Below are positions 45,253-54,810 of a stretch of DNA of 64,000 nucleotides, one piece after another. Made by a program: the position numbers and the translations under genes. The first letter of the stretch is position 1, and each line of letters starts with the position of its first letter. The DNA is from the human T2T-CHM13v2.0 reference genome, Homo sapiens. The notes beneath the pieces were generated by a model. That model worked only from the letters and a program-made list of their open reading frames with translations, did no database searches and had not been told where the DNA came from. The stretch lies in NCBI RefSeq assembly GCF_009914755.1, contig NC_060937.1, one strand, 5' to 3'.

Positions 45253-46050
45253 GCTGGTGAGAATGTGGAGAAAGGGAACGCTGGTGCACTGTTAGTGAGA
45301 ATGTCAATGAGTACAGCCACTATGGAAAACAGTATGGAGGTTCCTCAAAAAACTGAAAACAGAACTACCATACTTAAGCAATTCTATCACTAGGTCTATA
45401 TCCAAAAGAAAGCAATCAATGTATCCAAGAAATGGATCCAAGAAATGGATTCATTCATCCAATCAATGAATCATGTTGATTCAGCACTATTCACAATAGC
45501 CAAAATATGGACTCAACCTAAGTGCCCATCAATAGATGAATGAATTTTAAAAATGTGGTATAATACAGTGGCCTACTATTCAGCCATAAAAAGTAAAATC
45601 CTGTCATTTGTAGCCACCTGGATGAGCCTGGACGACATTATATTAAGTGAAATAAGCTAGGCACAGAGAGACAAATACTGTGTAATCTCACTTATATATG
45701 CAATCTTACAAAGTTGATTTTATTGAAGTAGAGAGTAGGAGAGTGGTTACCGGAGGTATTGGGGTGGAGGTTTGTCACCTGGTACAAAGTCAGGGTTAGA
45801 TAGGAAGAACGATTTCCAGTGTTCCATTGTACAGTAGGGCGGCTATAGTTAACAATAATATATTATATATTTCAATAGAGCTAGAAGACAGGATTTTCAA
45901 AGTTCTCACCAGATAGAAATGATAAATGTCTAAGGTGATGGATATGCTAATTTTCCTAATTTGATCATTACACATTGTATACATATATCAAAACATGACA
46001 CTGTATCTCATAAATATATATGTGTCAATTAAAAATTTTTTAAATTAAAA
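45253..46050 (+). mobile_element. L1MA 3' end, sense
   Basis: ORF2 tail 'gtacagccactatggaaaacagtatggaggttcctc' through 3'UTR 'ggtgatggatatgctaatt...tgtcaattaaaaa'. Confidence 0.8.
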
Positions 46051-46894
46051 ATTATATACAGTGATTAACATTTAGCCTTTCAAATCAAATTTAACTATAT
46101 AATAACTTAACACACATACTCTCTCTCTCTCCATTATATATAATATATATATAAAATATATAATATATAAATATTTTATATATATATAATATTTCTACTG
46201 GAAAACAGCATATTTTCCTGAAATGCAATACTTAACCTATATCATAAATCTTCCATATTCTGAGTGCTTTAGGATACCAATTTTATCTAGATGTAATTTT
46301 AGGTACATTTACAGATCGAGTACATTCACAGATCTAGAAGAGCTGTTGTCGCCATGCTTGACTGGTCTAAATCCTTTTCCTCAAAGGATTTTGAGGAAAA
46401 CACGCTTTTCCTCAAAGAAAAAGGGCAAAGGAGAGATTCCTCAAACCTGTAATTCTTTATAGCACTATTTAGCCAGAAATTTATAATTCATTTTTAAAAA
46501 TATTTTTGAGGTTGTCAATGTAAGAACATAGTCAGAGAGTGAATGTTTATTTTCTGCTGTTTCTGACTCCCGGACAAACTCACAAGTTATATTCTTTTGA
46601 ATCCTATCTGCCTATTTCTGAGTGGATAGAACAGTTTCGTCAGTCACAAAGTCCTAGTATCTCAGTTTGTTTATTGAATGACAGAAGAATGCTTTACACT
46701 TACATTGAGAAAAAGATGTGTGTAAAAAGCAGCTAAATACTGTCAATAAACACTGAATGTATAATAAGATCGCTGCACAATCTGTGGCTCAGATACAGTG
46801 GCCTTTTGTCCCTGAATAAACTTGTGATGTGGTGTATTATTCAATGAACGTGAACATGCTTCTTGTTTAACAGAATTTCTGTTAAATTATTGCC

Positions 46895-47600
46895 AAACCA
46901 TTTCCTCTTCCGGAAACAGATTCTTGATTTATGGAGTAATGACTTCCTTTTGTTCATCTAATAAGAGATTCAAGAGTCATGAATGTCACTTCGTTTTCTA
47001 CCTGTCTTTAGAGAAAATGCAGCTGTCAGATCCCTGTGGAGGATGTGCACATTGCCATCCCTGCTTGCTGTCCCTCTAGCCAGAGGGACATGATGGCTGC
47101 CCTTTGTGGAAGAAGAACTTGCCCATTTTATGCATGGCACGGCTCACTGCCGCAACAAACATCGGCACTGGTTTAAAAATGGCTGCGTGCAGGCTGGCCA
47201 GTGACTCTCTTTTGAGATGTTCAGGCATGAAAGTCTCTGCCCAACACAGTGACGAAGGCAGAGGGAATTCCCTAAAGCAGTCAAATCATTCCCTGTCTTC
47301 AGAATTTTCTCTGAGGGATATAGAGGGGAACGACTCACCAGAAGAGGGAGAATGTCCATGGATGGAGAGAAGCAGTGGCTACAGGAAACCCTGAGTGAAA
47401 CGCAGAGAGAAATTGCTTTCTAGCACTGCGTTGCATCCTTTCATTTCCGCATGTATTTAAATCATAAGAATACACAAACACATCATCTAAAGGATCTCAA
47501 TGACTTTCAGTAAGAAGGCCTTCATACAATTCCCATACGAATTCCATTTTTTATGGCAAGGTTACTCCGTATGACTCACCCTAATTGATCTGGAACAAGA
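46895..47600. promoter_or_regulatory. TNFSF13B: Candidate TNFSF13B upstream enhancer (about -3.4 to -2.7 kb from the ATG)
   Basis: Ets cttccggaa (~46908), IRF-like cacttcgttttc (~46987), perfect NF-kB GGGAATTCCC 47263-47272, EICE GGAAATGAAA on minus strand 47439-47448, AP-1 TGACTCA 47572-47578. Confidence 0.55.
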
Positions 47601-48131
47601 ACTGACAGAAAAGAATTGGACTGTCATTCCTGATGCAAAAGGGTTTACAAACATCCTTCTAAAAGAAGACTTCCACCTGAGAAGGTTGATGGAGGACCTC
47701 TTGTCTACGTACCTGTTAGACTGGGGCACGGTCACCTTATTGTGGGAGTTATAGGTAAGAAAAATTAGAGAGCAGCTTATTTTGGGGGCCAGGATAATAA
47801 CAAGTTATTTTTAAAAGGTCTTGGAAACTTGCAGATGCAAAGGGAAAAAAACAAAAAACAAAAAACAATCCTAATGGTAAAAACAAGTAAGTCTGACTGC
47901 GTCATTTTGTAGTAAGACAATGAGGAAATGGGAACTCGTCAGAGGGTAACTGGGTGGTGCCTGTAAAAGTGAAGATGTGCTTCTCCCTCAGCAGGCATTT
48001 GCTGGGAAACCCTTGCAGACGTTACAAGCACAGTTGTAGAAAATATCTATTAGAGCACTGTTTGTAACTGAAAAATGTTTCATTCATACTTTGAATGTAA
48101 AGAATAAAAGTGAATGAAAAAATGGAAGCAT

Positions 48132-48769
48132 TGCACCGTGCTTTTGATTTACATTTCCCTGATCATTTAGTACAACCACCATGGAAAACAGTGTGGAGAT
48201 TCCTTAAAGAACTAAAAGTAGAACTACCATTTGATCCAGCAATCCCACTACTGGGTATCTACCCAGAGGAAAAGAAGTTGTTATACGAAAAACATACTTG
48301 CACACACATGTTTATGGCAGCACAATTCACAACTGCAAAAATATAGAACCAGCCCAAATGCCCGTCAATCAATGAGTGGATAAAGAAACTATGATACATA
48401 TATATGATGGAATACTACTCACCCATAAAAAGGAATGAATTAATGATGTTCGCATCAGCCTGGATGGGATTGGAGACAATTATTCTAAGTGAAGTAACTC
48501 AGGAATGGAAAACCAAACATTGTATGTTCTAACTCACAGTGGGAGCTAAATTACAAAGATGCAAAGACATAGGAATGATCTAATGGACTTTAGGGACTCA
48601 GGGGAAAGGGTGGGAGGGGGGTGAGGAATAAAAGACTAAAAAATGGGTTCAATGTGTACACTGCTCGGGTGATGGGTGCACCAAAATCTCACAAATCACC
48701 ACTAAATAACTTAACCATGTAATCAAATACCACCTATTCCCCAAAAACCTGTGGAAATAATTTTTTTTT
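48132..48769 (+). mobile_element. L1PB 3' end with a short 5' inversion (twin priming)
   Basis: TSD aaatggaagcat at 48120-48131 and 48770-48781; 48132-48167 is antisense L1, the remainder sense ORF2 tail plus 3'UTR. Confidence 0.85.
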
Positions 48770-49151
48770 AAATGGAAGCATCCAAAATGTAATTTGTTTC
48801 CACATTCTTGTAAGCCTCATTATGTATCCCAGGGACAGTTAATATCGTCATACGAATTCACAGGTGAGGAAATGGAATCACAGAGAGATTATGTACTTTG
48901 CATAAGGAGAGCGAGGGTGAGGCAGGATTTGCAGTCTAGAAGCCTGGGTCTGGAGTTCTCCACTTTGCACTATATCATTTCTGTAAACTTCTTACTTAAG
49001 ACTGTGTGGAAATGTAGAGTGAGACAGAACTAAAGCTCACTATTCTTAGTCCACAGGGGAGTAGTGACTACCCAGGGCTTGGTAAGTGCTCAGTAACGTT
49101 TGTTGAAAGATGAATCAATATTTCAATGCTGGGGCAAAGCAGTGAAAAACT

Positions 49152-49162
49152 GGGGAATGTCC
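49152..49162 (+). promoter_or_regulatory. TNFSF13B: NF-kB-like site in the BAFF promoter
   Basis: GGGGAATGTCC, one mismatch to GGGRNNYYCC. Confidence 0.5.
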
Positions 49163-50033
49163 AGGAACCAGCCATCAGGATAAGGCAGGACTAGAATGAA
49201 TGCAACAGTCCTCACAGGTCCACCAAGTCAACAACAGAAAAATCCAAAGCTAAGGTGGCTCTTGTGTGATCAAGGACCTCTTGTACACCGACCTGTTAGG
49301 CTGTGGCACAGTCAACATGGGAGTTGTAGACAAGCTACTTGAGAGTGGTTAATGGTAGCAGTCAGGCATTTGGAGCTGGAGGCAAGGCTGATTCTCCTCA
49401 ACTAGTATCATATTGAGTGGGGACTTAAAGCCTCAGAAGTCTGAGCAGAAAAGCTGAGACCAGGCTCCTTGGGACAGGCTGTTCATATGCATGATTGAGT
49501 TTCAGTGATGAGTCCCAGAAGGAAAAAGTTTATGCATGTTTTCCTTAAAAATATATTCACTTATATTTAGAGAATCCTTCAGATATCTAACCTAAATACG
49601 TCTGTAACATTTACTCTCATTCTTTTTATGACATTATTAGTATAATAATATGAATAATTCCCAGTGGACTTACTTCCACACTTCCTTCAAGGATTCTCCA
49701 TTTTATTTCATAATTGAAGACTGTTAATAAATCACTCTCTAGCTAAGAACAATTCAATGCTAAAACACTTAGCTTATCTGACCTTCACATTAATTATTTT
49801 TATGACAGCAGCAGGAACTTTCAGCTGCTTTTCCCCCTTCCTTATGAAGCCATGTGGTCCCAAGCAGACAGAGTTCCCTTGCTACACTTAAGGGTGGGCT
49901 TCTCAGACCTGAGCATATCTTAAAAGCTTTCCCTTGACTGTGCCAATCCAAACTCCAAGTTTCCTCAGCAGATTTAAGGGGTTTTAAATCTACTTGAGCA
50001 TGAGTGTTATGAGAAGACTTTGAAATTCTTACA

Positions 50034-50077
50034 AAAACTGAAAGTGAAATGAGGAAGACAGATTGAGCAATCCAATC
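50034..50077 (+). promoter_or_regulatory. TNFSF13B: TNFSF13B proximal promoter: ISRE/IRF + Ets, C/EBP and CCAAT motifs
   Basis: AAACTGAAAGTGAAATGAGGAAG; ATTGAGCAAT 50062-50071; CCAAT 50072-50076; fits the known interferon inducibility of BAFF. Confidence 0.7.
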
Positions 50078-50288
50078 GGAGGGTAAATGCCAGCAAACCT
50101 ACTGTACAGTAGGGGTAGAGATGCAGAAAGGCAGAAAGGAGAAAATTCAGGATAACTCTCCTGAGGGGTGAGCCAAGCCCTGCCATGTAGTGCACGCAGG
50201 ACATCAACAAACACAGATAACAGGAAATGATCCATTCCCTGTGGTCACTTATTCTAAAGGCCCCAACCTTCAAAGTTCAAGTAGTGAT

Positions 50289-50627
50289 ATGGATGACTCC
50301 ACAGAAAGGGAGCAGTCACGCCTTACTTCTTGCCTTAAGAAAAGAGAAGAAATGAAACTGAAGGAGTGTGTTTCCATCCTCCCACGGAAGGAAAGCCCCT
50401 CTGTCCGATCCTCCAAAGACGGAAAGCTGCTGGCTGCAACCTTGCTGCTGGCACTGCTGTCTTGCTGCCTCACGGTGGTGTCTTTCTACCAGGTGGCCGC
50501 CCTGCAAGGGGACCTGGCCAGCCTCCGGGCAGAGCTGCAGGGCCACCACGCGGAGAAGCTGCCAGCAGGAGCAGGAGCCCCCAAGGCCGGCCTGGAGGAA
50601 GCTCCAGCTGTCACCGCGGGACTGAAA
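50289..50627 (+). CDS. TNFSF13B: BAFF/BLyS coding exon 1 (aa 1-113: cytoplasmic tail, type II TM helix, stalk)
   Basis: MDDSTEREQSRLTSCLKKREEMKLKE...LLAATLLLALLSCCLTVVSFY...AVTAGLK; strong Kozak gatATGg; donor aaa|GTGAGT. Confidence 0.98.
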
Positions 50628-50732
50628 GTGAGTTTGCAGCAGCTGCAAGACGCAGGCAAGATCCTGCCTACACTGCTGCCTCTCCCTCGCCTCAGCTGTC
50701 TTTCTAATAACTTGAAGTTTTTCTGTTCATAG

Positions 50733-50817
50733 ATCTTTGAACCACCAGCTCCAGGAGAAGGCAACTCCAGTCAGAACAGCAGAAATAAGCGTGCCGTTCA
50801 GGGTCCAGAAGAAACAG
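50733..50817 (+). CDS. TNFSF13B: BAFF coding exon 2 (85 nt; furin site RNKR/AVQ); the remaining exons lie beyond the window
   Basis: acceptor ttttctgttcatAG|atc; IFEPPAPGEGNSSQNSRNKRAVQGPEET; donor cag|GTATGT. Confidence 0.97.
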
Positions 50818-51836
50818 GTATGTTTTGGGCACAGACACTTTTAGGAGTCAGGGATTAGAGAATAACATCCAGTCTGGGGGAGCTGGAGGTGAGTATCCCC
50901 TCTATGAACCTATTAAATAGAGACTATGAAATTTGCCATCCAAAGCAGACATTGCTTTAGAGCAAAGCCCCAGCGCTGGCAAATGTAACAGGCTGCATGG
51001 GTGTGCTTTTTCCTCCAATGAGCAGATCGTGTGACTGGAAGCATTTCTCTGTGCGTGTGTAAGTATTTATCTGTGCATTAAGCATAGAGGAGATAAAAGG
51101 GCCATATGTGTTTCCTCAGGTAGATAATGCCCTCCCATGTGAGAAGCATTATTCATCACTCCAGAAAAATAAAAAAAAGCATTACATGTTAGAATTAGAC
51201 TTTGCTTACTACCTGGGTCATAGAAAGTTAAAGACATCTGTTTTCTGAATGTACATTACATGTTGTGAAACCAGGTGAAGGTTGTAATGAAAGGCCCTGT
51301 ATGTTGTACTTTAATTTTGTTTATTTGTTAAAAAGGTTATTTTACACACACACACACACACACGCACAGACACACACACAGATTTTAAAGCTTCTCTTTA
51401 AGGTACGCTTTTCCAGGGGATCCATGCATTTATCGTCTTCTTATAATCGTCCTTTACTGATTTCTGACTTTCTTCATGTTCTGCTCATTCCACGGAACTT
51501 TACAGAGTTGGTGGGGCCTACCAAAATGATCGATTCTAGTTCTTTCATTTGAAGGTGAAAAAAAGAATCTTTGTATACATTTATTAAAGTTATAATATAA
51601 CAAATTCTTAATATTATTGTCCTTTTATTAAATATATTGAAAGAATATTTTTTGAGCACCTGGAACGTATCGTACAGCTATAGACCAGAATAGGCATTTT
51701 CAAACATACTATTTCGTTTAACCTTCACAGTGACGCTATGAAGTCCACAGAATACATGCAATAATTTATGTATATTTTCACTTCTGAAGAGAATTGCATA
51801 AGAAATGTAGTGAGAGATAGACCAGGGACCCTTCTA

Positions 51837-51837
<1 letters not shown>

Positions 51838-51875
<38 letters not shown>
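51838..51875. repeat. (CA)n microsatellite in BAFF intron 2 (an imperfect one also at ~51344-51380)
   Basis: about 18 CA units. Confidence 0.95.
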
Positions 51876-51877
<2 letters not shown>

Positions 51878-53564
51878 TGAGGTACCCTGACTATAAACTT
51901 ATTTTTTGACTATATGCTTTATTCATAAAAAATTGTTTCTTATTTTATAAAACCATAATTTTTGGTATCTGGTTATTGTATCTTTATACTAGTTATCAGG
52001 AATAACTGGGCTTAAACATTTTTAAATTAGGAAACATGCACATTTTTATTATTTTAACACATCAATTATTTTTATCGTCTGCATTTTATAGTCTATATTT
52101 CCTACATAATTGAAAATAATACGGAATATATACTATAATATTTTTTGTTTTGACTTATACAATAAGGATTTTTCCTATTTCTAAGTATTTTTCATATATC
52201 TGTATTAATTTATCTAACAATTGTTTTAAATGGTTATTTCCATTCTCTTTGCTATAATACAACATGCAAAAGTTTTGCACAGAACTCTTTTATTTCTGTG
52301 AAATTATATATTCAATATAAAATTCATATAGTGGAATATCTGAGCTAGGGAGAAGAAACATCTTCATCACCCTTGCTTCCGACTGCCATATTGTTTTCAA
52401 AATGAGTTATACATGCAATCAAAAATGTGGTGTACCGGTTCTCCACATTCTTGCTTGCATGTTATTTTTAAAGTGTATTTTGACTAGTTTAGTAGTTGTA
52501 AAACAATATCTCACATTTATTTTGATGTGTTGCTTGTTTACTAATATGAATAAACTTTCTGCATATTTTGATTATTTATAATTTTATCTTTTGCTAATTT
52601 TTATTTATAACTGTCTCCACTTGTCTGTCCCATGTTTTTATAATTTTGGATAAGCTCTTCCTAATTAGACATATTGATAATTGATCAAAATTTTGATGTA
52701 AATATTTTAACAGTTTTGCTTCTTTTTTTACTTGAACATTTTGCATTTCTCTATAGTAAAGTGATAATCTTTAAAAAATTTTCCCTAATATTAAAGCTAA
52801 AAATACATTTGTTCATGTTTTCTTAAGTAGTTGACTCCCTGCCACTTTGACTTTTTCATAGTTGAGTGTTTTGTTTTAACTCATTAGTCCTTCTGTTGTT
52901 TATTTTGATGAATCATCTCACATTGGCTTTAACTTCCCCCTCTCTCTTTTTTCCTTTCTAACTGGTATCTCAACCAAATGTATTAAATAGTTCTTTTTAA
53001 CTCCTTGGTGTTGAAAAGCTTACTGTGTTTTATTAAGTTCCTCATAAGAGTTGAATCTATTTGAGACTCTTTTTTTTAATTGATTATTCTATTTATATGC
53101 TTTAAAGAATATTTTTAAGGTAATTTGTATTATAAGAGGCTTCAATAACTAGTAGGGTCAGGATCCTTCAATCTCCTTAACCTTCACTGCTAATATCCCC
53201 GTTTCTAAATATTAGTTTTAAAAATAAACTTTAACTTTACAATTAAAAAAAAAGATGTAGACTCATTTCAGCAGATTTAAGAAGAAAAGAATAATAGAGT
53301 AGGAAAGAAATAACTTCTTGGGTCACATTTTCCCAAAATTCTCCTATTAATACTTTTATGTATTTGTGTTTTAATGGCATCCAGGAATAGTATACTGATG
53401 AGAATCTTTCACCAAATAATTTGCAATTTGTAGATTCTAACAAAGTGAAAAAAAATTTGCCCAGATTTCCACAGCCCAGAAGTAGCTACTATTATTATTT
53501 CATGGTTTGCCCTAGACTTTTTAATAAACCTTAATACAGTGTGCATATAGGTATATATTGCACA

Positions 53565-54652
53565 CAGTTGAGCCTTGAACAACACAAGTTTTAACAGCAT
53601 GGATACACTTACAGGTGGATTTTTTTTTTCAATAAACCTATTGGAAAATTATCTGTAGATTTGTGATAATTTGAAAAAACTCATGGAAGAACTGTGTATC
53701 TTTGAAATGTTGAAAATATTAAGATTAATTAGCCATGTCATGAATGTATAAAATATATGTAGATACTGGTCTATTTTCTTATTACTATCATAAAATATAC
53801 ACAAAAGTTAAAAATTCTCAAAACATATGCATACAAACAGACTGTACATAGCGCCCTTTGTAGTCTAGAGAAATGGAAACAAACATAAACATGCAGTATT
53901 AAGTCATCACTGCATAAAATTAACTGTGGTACATACTGTACTACTGTAATAATTTCATAGCCACCTCCTGTTGCTACTGCAGTGAGCTCAAGTGCTGTGA
54001 GTATCTGCTTAAAACACCATGTGATGCTAATCATCTCTGCATGAGCCAGTTGTATCTCCAATCAGTTGGATATTGCAGTAAAAATGATTTCTCATGATTT
54101 GTGTGTATTTTTCTTCTTGTGTAATGCAATATCATAAACCTTGAATAACACCATGAGACCTATAGAAAATGCGATAGTGATGCTGGAAATGCTCCCAGGA
54201 AGCAAAGAAGAGTCATGACATTATAGTTGACCCTTGAACAACACAGGTTTGAACCGCGAGGGTCCCCTTGTATGTGGATTTTCTTCCACTTTCCACCCTT
54301 GAGATAGCAAGACCAACGCCTCCTTTCCCTCCTCCCCCTTAGCTTACTCAATGTGAAGAATGAAGAACTCTATAATGATCCACTTCCACTTAATGAATAG
54401 TAAATGCATTTTCTCTTCCTTATGATTTTTTTAAATAACATTTTCTTTTCTCTAGCTTATTTTATTGTAAGAATACACTACATAATACATATAATTTATG
54501 AAATGCGTATTGATTGAGTTTTTGTTATCAGAAAGGCTTCTGGTCAACAGTGGGCTGTTAGTAATTAAGATTTGGGAGTCAAAAGTTAAGCACAAAGTTT
54601 TGACTGCATGGGGTCAGTGACCCTAATTCCTGTGTTGTTCAAGGATCAACTG
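53565..54652. mobile_element. Tigger2-family DNA transposon (Tigger2b/MER28-like) with an internal TIR copy at ~54224
   Basis: TIRs cagttgagccttgaacaac and gttgttcaaggatcaactg, followed by TA. Confidence 0.8.
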
Positions 54653-54654
54653 TA

Positions 54655-54810
54655 TTTGTTCATATACATATGAACAATACATATGAACAATACATATATG
54701 AACAAATACATATATTTATACAAATATATGTACAAATATATACACATACAAATATATATATATACATATATATACATACATAGTGTGCATATGTGTTATG
54801 TGTATATATT
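54655..54810. repeat. TA/CA-rich low-complexity repeat
   Basis: (atacatatgaaca)n followed by (TA)n. Confidence 0.8.

Noticed and set aside
47104-47394. 96-aa ORF upstream of BAFF
   Set aside because: GTG start and no recognisable domain; the region is better explained as a TF-motif cluster.
50190-50732. 180-aa ORF taken as the BAFF CDS
   Set aside because: It starts at a GTG in the leader and reads through intron 1; the true CDS starts at ATG 50289 and splices 50627 to 50733.
50270-50764. Antisense and alternative-frame ORFs over BAFF exon 1
   Set aside because: Expected shadows of a GC-rich coding exon; no independent support.
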